From: a virus
DNA: 64,000 nucleotides
Direction: 5' to 3' (one strand)
Virus record (IMG/VR): IMGVR_UViG_3300042863_002274
Both the position numbers and the translations under genes were made by a program. This document shows positions 36,501-47,000 of this stretch, in pieces. The notes below the pieces were generated by a model. It had not been told where the DNA came from and searched no databases. It was given only the letters and a program-made list of their open reading frames with translations. Numbering within the stretch: the first letter of the stretch is position 1; each line of letters opens with the position of its first letter.

Positions 36501-39305
36501 GGGATATCAGGAATGTTAACCCTTCTTCAGGGCAGACAGAAAATAGAAATAGATGCGAAAACCGGTAAAGAAAAAATTACTGTTATTCCTGCGTCAATTC
36601 TTCCAGAAAGAAAAAGCGTAACGCTTGAGAATTTCAGAATAGAACCAGAAGAAATTGACTCAATATCTAAATTTTCTAAAGCCGCATCCGCCCCTCAAGC
36701 TAAAGAATCTCAACTACAAAGAATTGTAATAATTCCTCCACCCAGCACCTCAACCGATGGTCGAGGTGCTGTATATGCTCAACTTGAAATTATAGGCGGA
36801 GACGAAAAGAAACCCGGAAAACCATCCGGACGCATTATCGTTACCGGTGACGGTGTGGATACCGGTAGACCACAAACACTCCCCGACGGCTCCGAAGCAA
36901 GAAACATACCTCCCAACCAAAGAGTAGGTAACGGTCGCTATAGAAGAGACCTCGAAAAGGTCATCTTGAATCTTGGTTTATCCGACAAGGTAAAGATAAT
37001 GCAAGACGCAGAGAGGGGCGGCCCGCGAGCCGGAGGAAAGCGCAGAGCGTTTGACGGATTTGTAATTGAGGGCGAAAACCTTGAAGAATCAACCAAAATA
37101 TTAAACGACATTGGCCAAGCAATGAGAGATTCGGCTCAAGGCCCTGGTGGAGACGTTGAGATTACGACCATTCAGCTTTCAAAAGGCCGAGAGTCAGATT
37201 TTGTTGCAGTAGCAGAAGACTTGGGAGACCCTAGCGATTCATTGGCTGCAAATATTCCACAAGGACAAGCAGGACTTGCCTTCATGGAGGAAACAAACCT
37301 CATCCATGTGGCGTTTTCTCGTGCGAAAAAAATGATTGACCCAGGTTGGAAGGGGTTCAAGTATTATCTCCACGACGAATCTACAAAAGACGTCAGGGCA
37401 GCAATCAAGAAAGCAGTACAGGACGGCCATATACCGCCAGAACTAGACAAGGGGGCCTTTGGAGACGAAGGCGGTATTCCTCTTCCTAAGTTCTATGCAG
37501 CATTAAACAAGATGAGTCCTGACGATATAGATGAAAATAATCTTCCAGACCGAGCAGCGCTTGATGAAAAAGAAATCGAAATTGACCCCGACCTCGTCTT
37601 TGACGTGGATAAGGATATTAACGATGTCGTTCGTGACCCAAGTGATTACGAATCAGAAGTAGACATAGATGACTTGATTGATGCGGACGAAATGGGAGAC
37701 GATTCTGATGGTCAGATGCGCCTCTCTAGCGGAACCTCAAACTTCCCTGGTCCTGGCCGCCGTCTGTCTAGAAGAATGGGCGTAAGAAGCAGTAGTCGCG
37801 TCACCCCTGGTGCCATAAGTGCTCAAGACCTTGCTGGAATAAGACTCTTTGGAGACCCCAATTCACCCAACAACCGCCGCAAGACGGATTATGCAATGCA
37901 GACGTGGGCTGGATTCAGGGAAAGAGGTATCGAAATAAATGCCGAAGGAAGAGAACAAACAAAAAACGCCATGAAAAAAGTCGGCGAAGCCATGAAGGCT
38001 CGTCAGAACAGGGTTCGGGTTGGGCGAGTTGGAGACAACTTGCGCAATGATAATCCTTCGGCGGAAACATGGATGCTCTCAGTAGACGCTCTCGCAGAGC
38101 AACTTCGCATTCCAGAAGATTTTAATGGCCAGGGCGAATCCCTTCGTTCTCGTTCTGCGACACGACAAGAGATAGCAAGTCTTTTGGGTTTGAGCGAAAT
38201 GGACAAGCAGAAGATTCAAAATTCCGATGCTGGAGTAAACCACGACGCAGTTCGTCTTTTGGTTGCTGAACTTGGAAATCAACCAGAGCTGGCAGGCTGG
38301 CGCTATTTTGCTCCGGTTTCAAGAGACGAAATCAGAAAGATAATTCCATCCCCAACAGGAGACACGGAAAGTATCACCCCCCAAGTGGACATGGCAATGG
38401 AGAATGCCGGTAGGGCAAACATGCGTGACCGTTTCATTATCGAAACGTTCGGCAAAGACGCCTTCCCTCATTGGTTCGACCAAGATGAAGAAGAAGCCAT
38501 TAGTCCAGCCGAGTACTCTCAATTGGGTGAGGTCGACGAGAGGGCGAAGTTCCGTGCAACAGGACGATTTGCCCCCGATGACCCATTTGAGGGCGACTCT
38601 GAAGCCGAAATTGACCTTTATGGACAAAGCTTTGACGAACTTGAGAATCCTCCATCCTTGTCTGCCGATGATGAAATAATCAAACTTGATAAAACAGATA
38701 AAAAAGACTTTGAGATTGAGCCTTTGCTTAAATATCTAGGAATAGATAAGAAAGAGTGGAGAACCAGACTTAGTGAAATTCTTTCTGAAAAGTTTGGAAC
38801 CGATAGTACTGGAGTCAACCCTGAGTGGGAAAAGCAGGGAATCCCAACCGCAACTATTGCTCACATGATTCGTAAAGGAGTCCTGCCAAATGCGGCAGAC
38901 GTCTGGAAGGACGGCAAGGCAGGGAAACTGTTTGACGAAGAGATGGAAAGACCCAAGTATGCGGTTTATGAAGCCCTTAACGAATTCATAGACAGAAGCT
39001 TCCCGAACAGCAGACTCAACAGCAAAGAAAACCGTAACAAAATAGTCGGCGCGACAGATATGGGTACCGCACTTCGCGATGCTGCTGCTGCAAAAGGTTC
39101 AGCCTGGAGTGCAAAGAAAGGCAACGAGCCAAGGTTCGCTGTTTCTGAAATGCAAACAATGGTTGACAGGTTTAACGAGATATTCGGAACGGACCATACT
39201 CTTGAAGACATTTTCAGCGCCGAGCAATTAAGAAACGCTAAAACCAGAATTGAAAACGGCGAAACGCTGTCAGGTAAAAAAAGAAAGCCAAAACAGGCTG
39301 ATTAA
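30555..39305 (+). CDS. Giant polyvalent protein: HK97-type prohead protease, Cys4 domain, ArdC (ssDNA-binding plus zincin), SF1 UvrD-like helicase
   Basis: Protease DSVGD..GAF, WGHNW..PIG, WSIGY, LYEVSPV; ArdC PW..NPTRGRVYQGMNQ and HETVHWTSH..YAFEELIAE; helicase GAGTGKTT (34281), DEAQD (35547), VGDDRQAVYAFR, SFRYG, SKGRE, VAFSRAK. Confidence 0.9.
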   Translation: MLPELYEYKSTTLGTSFATKGGSINLDEAQGMVECFVAGIGNKDSVGDIVTTGAFTKSLQRRKPRVVWGHNWNDPIGKVLEIYEVPNTDPRLPLKMKMAGIGGLFARVQFNLNSEKGKEAFAMVAFFGEEQEWSIGYKTLRAQFDQKSQANVIYELELYEVSPVLHGANQLTGTISVKSEEGGYSGPVSYMEEDEEETINRAEIEKQLGLMLGAKVSLMDVNGEELTFARRADNGEVGRYKCHFSGGRGRYMFGAPEPITVVAPRRPSVPMPGMPMMPIGSPGMVMNQPQRPTRPPAMSMPVAIRPGQNGPQIIALPAVEYEDDDTQEFDPTNLDKEEADLRDALLKITKRHGKFNQDSEGVWAGYTPAAENSIAGIGVKCANCVFYQGGDSCKIIDMEVESEGKCRFAVIPNGVVKGDSTVKKTYEIEEEFTQEDYVSDLEVKYPGELAIAALRGAIGRRRKKRRKFKLLSEFGSQSDWPEEKAYLLPVVPKFAFMVKQALDPIFDYHGVESFVDVDGIVMTSGISYDLIDAVDTAVDNLKKKSINQNDIEWKAASYRLGRAIGGRLTNKPNIGGGRSAGRFFTSIGAEDFDPFSARDANLNGIVGEGLFLRGVALATPDPTPDGPGSIRNPKPSRAQVRKPESEILDRAGDGKVKPVGSKLSSGKLFDVPRIDDPDVDSATKYGSAESQRDELQGVLDGASDKDQIKRLKQAIAELDKYMKSVEKTVEGDMEREKRPTKPKAPQVLNRENTQLARGIKPQRIPIASQSMTSVERFSSGKLPDKAQLPEGSSQLKEFYEAMAEDVVKLLTELMNDPNKDKNWKLPWRRPELYARNPTRGRVYQGMNQMTLGLVAKSRGYELPRWAGEGQWKKLGGKLKPGGRKMGVSILVPREGRTFTDINGKEVVEGRYYEVQTVYNVAEVAGLPKKFYEPIDADINQETRLEDLENVIKEIGPDFVESFGEDAFYRPSTDKIHMPAFEQFVDATAFYGTAMHETVHWTSHPTRLNRTLGKEFGDEQYAFEELIAEIGSAFALGAMGIEPTIRDNHLVYVAGWLKKLTADPLALHRAILSAQQANDFLLDRSSTMRRLAGIPDDERKGKDNAWLEVPMLAGYEDSPRIKPTTGVSGTMEDMLDVEFPQDFAPEARRTSTAEREMSSLSRNLPTKTKDGIVITPSGRLSSGRGPIKGKNPNAPEIKPIDETVALRLAFGLSNEPTEEQRDIMAVAMNLIRNKDPRILSILAGAGTGKTTTLKSIAWGLQREFDLWPEGDLRRPEQLRYLSDRYGVDFSGMSAEQVKESVEKLAEEKSINNLYYAVFNKKNQFEAELEFPRNTGVSTTDKIWYWSLKLGQGDKKYGTGMRRKMQFALISPTDRKVNNPGAKNPKFISEALTPDEPERLLPQQVRELFDGTTESFDGIEPGYRSLGWTRLDTGSDWKEFLDFADEKRWKGQETRPTSVPILDDKGKPVRDAKGKIQTTMEDSSGFILPDAGSTFVSRDQFGDLFKNALTRWSLSKEEKASAWMFTQPAILTQELDTPRGSGKDISPVDTILDEKDIPAQWVEALQEAIDKFSDGDSSMLPPRDSVAKLWMLTEPDLRSDPGLITHTESQERKKTIPDSYAVGDTYELEGETWIVKTRKKSKGKNVQVTLTKRMATEEKPLSAFFVDEAQDSNEILETVLDNNRANLPIVVVGDDRQAVYAFRNAKNILESLNADYELTITESFRYGEVIGHLTNLALGMQNLYLDKQGVPQLPWKHVKGKAQVVVNRLFDPLLPKKDRKGLEPVDEIDDMTREFLLKDLEEKFSTPEKRLNFSVHTVGKKAGEKLTRKEQDDKLRELRDSILEPKAGKIVDRVEEANKEVPNLPTMILCRTNAEIINETLKFIKLVVDSPNAKKDDNGLPILPEVVIPLSKHEELLKFTRHLEYIFMPQAEKSKRGLPEVSGWIGPIFDQGGLKRVINQASGQQARSAYKLIMQAPPGGGVPLGISGMLTLLQGRQKIEIDAKTGKEKITVIPASILPERKSVTLENFRIEPEEIDSISKFSKAASAPQAKESQLQRIVIIPPPSTSTDGRGAVYAQLEIIGGDEKKPGKPSGRIIVTGDGVDTGRPQTLPDGSEARNIPPNQRVGNGRYRRDLEKVILNLGLSDKVKIMQDAERGGPRAGGKRRAFDGFVIEGENLEESTKILNDIGQAMRDSAQGPGGDVEITTIQLSKGRESDFVAVAEDLGDPSDSLAANIPQGQAGLAFMEETNLIHVAFSRAKKMIDPGWKGFKYYLHDESTKDVRAAIKKAVQDGHIPPELDKGAFGDEGGIPLPKFYAALNKMSPDDIDENNLPDRAALDEKEIEIDPDLVFDVDKDINDVVRDPSDYESEVDIDDLIDADEMGDDSDGQMRLSSGTSNFPGPGRRLSRRMGVRSSSRVTPGAISAQDLAGIRLFGDPNSPNNRRKTDYAMQTWAGFRERGIEINAEGREQTKNAMKKVGEAMKARQNRVRVGRVGDNLRNDNPSAETWMLSVDALAEQLRIPEDFNGQGESLRSRSATRQEIASLLGLSEMDKQKIQNSDAGVNHDAVRLLVAELGNQPELAGWRYFAPVSRDEIRKIIPSPTGDTESITPQVDMAMENAGRANMRDRFIIETFGKDAFPHWFDQDEEEAISPAEYSQLGEVDERAKFRATGRFAPDDPFEGDSEAEIDLYGQSFDELENPPSLSADDEIIKLDKTDKKDFEIEPLLKYLGIDKKEWRTRLSEILSEKFGTDSTGVNPEWEKQGIPTATIAHMIRKGVLPNAADVWKDGKAGKLFDEEMERPKYAVYEALNEFIDRSFPNSRLNSKENRNKIVGATDMGTALRDAAAAKGSAWSAKKGNEPRFAVSEMQTMVDRFNEIFGTDHTLEDIFSAEQLRNAKTRIENGETLSGKKRKPKQAD

Positions 39306-39423
39306 AATTTAATTGAACTATCTACTGTTACCAATTCACGCACGTATAGCGTGATAGGTTATAATTAGAGACATTTAATGGTTAATGGTCTATCGGTCAT
39401 TCCTTTGCACTAATAGGAGTTGT

Positions 39424-41067
39424 ATGAATTACGACGAAAAAGTTACAGTAAGCATTGACGGAAACGGCGATGTGCTTAAGTGCGCCAAGGGTGCCTCTAC
39501 TTCCGAATGCGGATACGTCAAGGGTGCAGAGCTTTGCGGTAAGTGCGGCGCTATGCCGGTGGAAATGAAAATGGTTCCAGTAGTCGAACCCGCCGAAGAC
39601 GAAGACATGGAGAACACCGACGAGCCAATGACGGCTGCTCCTATGGCTAAGAAAATGAAAAAGAAAACGAATGGAGCACCTATTGCTATGGGTGACGAAT
39701 CCGACGAACCAGAAATGACCGAAGACGAAATGGCCGCTTTCATGCCAAAGAAGAAAAAGGGCATGGATGTACCCATGTTGGAAGAAGAAGACGAAGAGAA
39801 GATGATGGGCATGTATGCAATGCCTAAGAAGAAAAAAGGAATGGGCGTAGCTCTCCCCGTAATGGAAGAGGACGAAGAGGACGAAGAAATGAAGGGTATG
39901 GGAATAATGCCTGACGAAACTTACGCAGAAGACGAAGAAACGCCTTTGAAGAGAAAGAAAAAAGGCATGGGTGCATCCATGATGGATGACGAAGAAGAAG
40001 AAGAAGAAGTCTTGGACAAAGAAGACATGGCTGTAGAAGGCATGGACCCTGAAGATGAAGATGAAGATGATGAAGAAGAAGAAGAAGAAGAGGATGAAGA
40101 CGCAGAACTAGGTGTTAAGTCGTTTTCTGCTCGCGATTCTGAATGGGAAATGATTCGTCAGTCACGTATAAAGTCGCTTGGCCTCAAAGCTTCTGACGTT
40201 GGTGTTTCTGGTTATCTTTGTGCTCTTGAGCGTAAAGCTTATGGTGGTTCTTCTCCTGTTTGTGATGACTGCCCTGGCGGTTGTGTGTCCGAAAAAGGAA
40301 TGCCTGGAATTCTCCACGTTGAAGGAATGGCTGAAAAGATGTTCGACGGAGTCGTTGTAGATTCTGGATACTCGTCAGATGCAGACATGTTCGTAATTGA
40401 CGTGCAAGTTAAAGATGGTTCAATTAATGAAGTTTTCGTAGACGGAAGCAGCGCAGAAATGCTTGGATTCCACAAGCTTGACTCTTCAAGCTTTGAGCAG
40501 AAATCAGAAGTCGGTGCGTACACTCTTGTTGACTTCACGGAAGCAGCAGAAATAGCAGTTAAGTCAATTGACGGAACAGTTATCGCAGTAGAGCCTGACG
40601 TGTTCGAAGGTTTTGATGCTTACGCTGTAGAAATAGAAGGATTTGACGGCAAGTCCTACGATGTGTTCGTCGCACTAGACGGAGAAGTTCTCGGTTACGA
40701 CAAGTACGAAGCAGACGAGATTGAGGACATTGAAGCAGAGGCTGCAGAGATAGCTATCAAGCAAGCCTTTTCTGAAGAACGTCGTATGGAAATGGCCAAG
40801 GAAGGAACCGCTCTTGAAGACGGTTCATACCCAATCGCTACAGAGACTGACCTAAGAAACGCAATCCAAGCCTATGGCCGCGCAAAAGATAAAGAAGCAG
40901 CAAAGAAGCACATCATGAAGCGAGCTCAGGCGTTGAAGCTTGAAAGTCTTATTCCTGGTAACTGGTTAGCAGGTAGTGACGAAAAGAGTCAAGATGTTAG
41001 CGATGCAGAGTTCATGGCTTCCCTTGTTGAGTTTCAATTGCTTGAAGATTCAGTCGACGAAATCTAG
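39424..41067 (+). CDS. Acidic head-module protein (scaffold-like candidate) with Cys motifs and PepSY-like repeats
   Basis: AGGAG RBS before MNYDEK at 39424; D/E/M-rich low complexity with KKKGM repeats; C-terminal DGSYPI..DLRNAI motif. Confidence 0.6.
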   Translation: MNYDEKVTVSIDGNGDVLKCAKGASTSECGYVKGAELCGKCGAMPVEMKMVPVVEPAEDEDMENTDEPMTAAPMAKKMKKKTNGAPIAMGDESDEPEMTEDEMAAFMPKKKKGMDVPMLEEEDEEKMMGMYAMPKKKKGMGVALPVMEEDEEDEEMKGMGIMPDETYAEDEETPLKRKKKGMGASMMDDEEEEEEVLDKEDMAVEGMDPEDEDEDDEEEEEEEDEDAELGVKSFSARDSEWEMIRQSRIKSLGLKASDVGVSGYLCALERKAYGGSSPVCDDCPGGCVSEKGMPGILHVEGMAEKMFDGVVVDSGYSSDADMFVIDVQVKDGSINEVFVDGSSAEMLGFHKLDSSSFEQKSEVGAYTLVDFTEAAEIAVKSIDGTVIAVEPDVFEGFDAYAVEIEGFDGKSYDVFVALDGEVLGYDKYEADEIEDIEAEAAEIAIKQAFSEERRMEMAKEGTALEDGSYPIATETDLRNAIQAYGRAKDKEAAKKHIMKRAQALKLESLIPGNWLAGSDEKSQDVSDAEFMASLVEFQLLEDSVDEI

Positions 41068-41082
41068 GAAGGGAGCACCACC

Positions 41083-44000
41083 ATGGTGGATGCCCCTATA
41101 AATAGGGAAAGAATCGTAGTTTCGGCGCGGCTTATCGTGCCTTTGTCGTGCTGCGGTGGATTCAACGAAAAAGCACTTCGCTTTAGGCAGTCAATAAATT
41201 CTTCTGTATCTACTGGAAGACTAGAGCCAGAACTTGCATTAAAAGCAGTCGGTGACGTTTTTAGTTTAAGAAAAAAAACAGCCGAAGATACTGATAATAA
41301 AAAAAGAGAATTCACTGGAGACACTCGTCCCGGTGTTGCCTCAAATGAGTTCGGCTATCGCTGGGACAAATCAGCCAAGTGGGAACCAGGCTCTCGTCTT
41401 GTCATAAGCCCGTCGTATACGTCGCGCATGGGAATGGGAACCATGCCGAACGTGGGTTGGATTCCTAGAGACGAAAATCAACCAAAGTCTTTTCAGGAAA
41501 TGATTTCGAGAATTCAATCAGAACCTCAGATTCAGTTACGAAAATTTAAAGTAAATCCAAAAACTGACGACATAATCCCTGAGTCAGAAAAGATAATTGA
41601 CCCTTTTGCTATTTCTTCCGGCATGACCATGGAAGAAAGACGAAATGCTCAAAGAAAATATCAAATCGATAATCCTGAAGAAAAAAGACTTCCAGGCGCG
41701 AGTCTTGAATCACGAGTTCCGGGAGGCTCTCTTTTAAGTAGAGCAGCAGCTGTTTTTGGTATCCTGAGAGACGAGAACAACAAGTTTCGATGCCCTCCAG
41801 GAACTCCGGCAGCAAATCAGTTCACTGACGCAACTGGTTCCAACTGCTTCGGTTTTAGTGCTTCAAAGTTTTCACGTTTCGCAGCAAGGGAAGCAGCCAG
41901 ACTTACGGCAGAAGGCGAATACGAGGGGTTGAGAACAAACGCTAATGCTTTTTTTGGTTACCTATACGGCGGCAGTCAACAAGCAAGAGGCGTTGCAAGT
42001 CCAGAGTTTATTTCCCGATGCGCATACTGGGAAGACCTTTATGGAGACAAATTAAAGCCGCCTTCATGGCGCGACACCCCTGTCACAGAAAATCTTCGTC
42101 TGTTCAAAAACGGAGCAATACGTGCACAGGACGATATTGCGAGACAAAAAGCCTCAGCAGTACGTATCTATGATGCTTTAGGAATCGACCCCAGTGACCC
42201 AAATGCTCATTTCCAGGCTGTCGAAAAATTACAGAAGATGCATGTTGATAGTGACGGTGCTGCTGGATGGGACTTAAAGATTTTAAACACTTCTTCTGGT
42301 GGAGACGCATCTCGTCTAACTGATTTAGAAGTCAGAGAGTTTACTGAAGCAAGACTTAAATCAGTTTCAGGGTGGAATCGTTTATCAAACGAAGAACAAA
42401 AAAGACTTATTGATTCTGACATTAGAAGGTATCAAGAGACAGAACGAGCAATGTTCGAAACACTCTTGGACCAATTCATGCAAAATCCATCAACAGCGAG
42501 AGTGCTTGGAAGAGTTGAATATAACTTTTTATCTGATGACGAAGCTGGAACAGGAATGTACAGAGATGCCCCCTCTATTGTTCCACGATTAAAACCAGAC
42601 GGAACACCAGTTCTTGACAAAGCCGGCAACCCCGTAATGGGCAAAGTTCCCGGAGAACTACGTAGCGTTATTCATATAAACATGAAAGAAATTCTACAAA
42701 ATCAAGAAACAATGCTTCCAAACATGGGACCAGATGAAAGATTGGCAATTTCTGCGATTGGCGCACGAAGCGAAGCCGAAGGTCGTTTAGCGGTTGCAGA
42801 TTTTCTTGTCAACGTAGACCATACCGCAAGAGGAATGGCTGGACTAATTGATGGTGTCTACTCTTTCTCTAGTCACATCATGCTTCACGAGCACGCACAT
42901 AGTATTCAGCTTCAAGTATTCATGGCGAAAATTCAAGAACAGATAGACAGCAAAGGTTTCATATCTGTTCCCATAGTAGACAGAAACGGAATCGTTAAAG
43001 GGACAAGAAACGTAGACTCAATCTACAGACTGTCCGGCGATGACGTTATGGCGATAATGACCGACGTAGCGGACGACATAAACCTGGATTCCTTAAAAGA
43101 CGCCATGGAGCGCATCAAATCTGTGGCACCTCTTGCTGGAGCGTATCCAAGAGATGCATACAAAGAAGGCTCAGAGGTTTGGGCTCTTGAAGTAGCAGCA
43201 GAACTACACGCCCTTCGCGCGAGAGGCATAATATACGGAGACGACATTGACGCAGCTTTAGCCTTTATGGACGACATAGGCGATAGTAGAGCGTCGATTG
43301 ACAGAGCTCTTGGTGACGAGACCGCAGCGCTTGTTGACATGGACGACGTGTTCACTATTCGTCCAGACTCCGTCGTTCCGGACGGCATGCCGGAAGAATC
43401 CATAACAGAAGCGCTAGGGGACAGGGACGAACGCATTGCTTCTGCTCTTCGTGAGGAAATAAAACAATTCAAGACGGGATTCAAAGACCTTCCTGAAGAT
43501 GAAATGATTTCAGAAGCTGCAATTATTGAATCTCAGAGAGATGCTTCAAATAACACGTTAAAGAAACTTAATGATTTCGAGATTGACCCGTCCCTGCCTG
43601 AAGACGAGAAAGAGTCAATAAGGGGATATCTAGAGAATCTTAAGAAGCAAACGCAAATGGAATTGGACTTCCACGACACTAGATACAACGAAGCATCAAA
43701 AGCGTGGAGAAAAAAGTACGGCATCGGAGCTAGAGGAGAAAAAGACAGATTTAAAGAATCCGTTAAGGCAGTCCGTGAAAGAGAAGGACTGTTTGATGAT
43801 GTTGAAATTGAAGAACTTGCAAAAATAGCAGCTCTCGACGACCTTCGTAAGTCTGTAGAAAAAATGCCAGAGAAGAAGATAATTCGACGCCTGGCTGATG
43901 ACGAAATATACCTAAGCACTCTTGACCCATCTTCCGACGAGGCTAAAAACCTAATTGAAAAGATTGACGTCATAAAAGAGCAGTATGTACAAAACATGCG

Positions 44001-47000
44001 TGACGCAGGAGACAAGTCGACGACTGCCAAATTAAAGAAAAACCTAGACCAGAGTGTTAAGGATTTAATTTCTCCTCCAGCAAAAAAGAACGTGTCCTTA
44101 AAGAGCAAGCAAGAAGCAAAAGACCACGCAACAAAAGAACGTCGCCGGGTTCGCGGAACTGCAGAGCAGAAAAAAGCAGTCAAAGAACTCGGAGACATTG
44201 CATCTTCGGACGTAGGACAACTGCTTGACCCTGCGGCTCAGACCAGGGCCGGAAGAGCAATAAACAAAAGAAACGCCAGAATAAAGAGATTGGGACTTAC
44301 GGTTGATGAAAAATCATCTGAAGAAGGCGACGTTGTCCAGCAAGTTCAAAATTTGCTAATTCCAGTCATGGAAGTAATCGACGGAACGTCTATTGCTGAC
44401 CCGTTCGAGATAGAAACAGTTATTGATTTCGATTCAGGAGTTCTACGAGGAAAAATTGAAGGCAAAGAAATTGAAATGCCTCAATTTGTTTCCGGCAAGG
44501 TTCTGACGACGAAAACAAAAAAGCTGGACATGCCAGAAAAAGGAATTCGCGACAAAGAAACTGGGAAAACCGCTCGCCGCGTAGTTGTACAGGTTCGCGA
44601 GGGAGACAGAGGCCTCTTTCCTTCAGCAGGAGAAGACGACCAACGCTTTGTTGCTCCACCTGGACGCCTTCGCATTACGGGGATAGACCCCGACGGAACA
44701 GTAAGAGCAGAGTTGTCTTATCAAAAAGACTCTGTTGAGGTCATTGACTCCATGGCATACAGTTTGGAGACAAACAAAACTGATGCAATTTGGGCGCAGA
44801 GCCACGGTAAAAAAATCAAAGCAGTAGCAGACAAGTACGTTAACTCGCGCCGTGAATCAGGTAAGGAATCTACGGGTTCAAGAAGTGATTACGATTCCGT
44901 CTCAGAAACCTCAAGCAAAACAGTTGTAGACGAGGTTGTGGACGCTGGTGGTTCTTTCGGAGAAGGTTTTGACGAACTACCCCCTCACTTGTCGTCTGAT
45001 GACTCAAGTTCCCGCTTGTCTTCTGGAAAGAAAGACGTACTGGGCGCTCCCGCTACGCGCAAGCAAAGAACAGAATTAAGAAATAAGTCAATGTCTTCTC
45101 AGGTTAGGGAAGTTAAATCCATTCTTGGAGGAGGACAGGGGGACTCGGCTGACCCACTGTCAAGGGGTGACATCCACCCAGACGTTGCTCGTTTAATCGC
45201 CGATACTCCAGAAGAAGACCTGTTAGCAAGAGCCGAGAATACTGCATACAGAATGCATGAAGGTTTCGATAGAAGAGTACGTGTTCGCGCAACAGATGAC
45301 GACATTGAGAGACTTTCTTCCACGGGCTCCATAAGGTCCCCGTTTGCTTCTCCAGACGATGAAGCAAAAAGAACATCACGCAGAGCGCAAAGATACTCAG
45401 GAATGGGTCCAGACGAGCGCTCTTCAAGACTGTCTTCCGGCCGAACTATTGATTCTTCAGAGAATTTAGCTGAAAGAAAAAGGCAAGAAAAAGAAGTTGC
45501 AGTTAAGGCTTTTGAAATATTTGACAAAGTCCTTAACGCCGACGGAAAAAACTTAGACGACATGTCCGAAGCAGAACTCTCTGCGTCTTTCGGTGGGAAA
45601 GTAAAGAAATCTAAGAGAAAATCAGTAAGTGCTACAAACGACTCGCTTTATGAAGTGGACGACGTGCCGACAGCTATTGCGTTAATGATGTTGGGGCATC
45701 ACGTTGCTGTTAAAGACCAGGACCTAAGATTGACCGAGCAATCACAAAAAGCATTTGAAGAAGAAGTTAAAAATGCTGCAAAGAAACATATTGACGCCCA
45801 AAACCCTCACCCTAAATGGGTTCAGTATCAAGAACAGTATAAAAAAGATTCTCCAGATTTAGACTATGGAGACCCTGCAGTTGTCAAGGAAATGGAAAAG
45901 AACTACGTAGACAGCTATCAAGCAGACCTTTGCGCTTTGTATAGTCCGGCACAAAACTTGCTGTGCTCGGGGCATATCGGTATTGATAGAGAAAAAATGC
46001 CTCAGACAAACGGAAGGTCTGCAGGCTACGATACTGTCGCGGTAAGAGCGCTTAAAGCCGGAGAAGCCGCCGGAAAGTTTGAACCTGCAAAGACTATAAA
46101 AAGAAACGCTGCAGTAGACGCAGAGTTCGCAGAAGAACTTAATGCAGCAGTAATTAAAGCCAACGCTGGTCTAGTCAAAAAGGGTAAACCAGAATTAACA
46201 GACGAAGAGATTTCAAAAAAACTTTATGAGATAGTTTCAGAAAAACATTCATTAAGGAATCAATTTGGGGACAAAACACAAGAACAACACAAGGGTGATT
46301 CTTACGACAAAATGTCTGATGCTTCGAAAAATTGGCTATATGAAAACACTGACTGGAACGACACTGAAGTAAACTTGGAGACACCATTCATAGAATGGCT
46401 AAATGGAGTTATTGAGCCAGAAAACGGCGAACCTTCGGTAATCCTTAAAGAGGTAAATCCTGGTGATTATGCTCCATCACAGCAGCAGCTAGTTGCATCA
46501 AAAGTAGACGGTACCGCTAGGCAAATACAAGAAAAAGCCATAGAAGTTGCCGAGGGCATAAGAGCTGATAATCCTGGAATATCGGACGAAGACTTTAGAA
46601 CAAAATACCTAGAAGAAATGAAAAAGCAATGGTTTATGCAGCCCATCCTTACTGCAAGTGATGGGTTTATTGTTGACGGTCACCATAGGTGGGCAGGAAT
46701 AAACGTAGGAAACAGTTCACTTTCGGAAGAATTACGACTCCCTTTGAATGTTAATGAAATACAAACGGACATAATTGAAGCTTTGACCCTAGGAAAAATC
46801 TTCCAAGACGCTTGGGGTATTAAAGAAGCGCGCCTTGGAGCTGAAAACAAGTGGAAAGAGGGAGAAATAACCGACATTAGTAAAAACGAAATATCTCAAC
46901 TCATGGACGGTTTGACCAAAAACGTGGGCACCCTTGTGGACGAAAAGTACGCAGAAGGAAATTTTGTTCAGCTTGGCTCGATTGGTCTTTCAAACAATCC

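Noticed and set aside
41271-41278. A8 run near the start of the 2389-aa gene as a frameshift site
   Set aside because: It would give only a ~70-aa product, and A runs are common in this Lys-rich coding sequence
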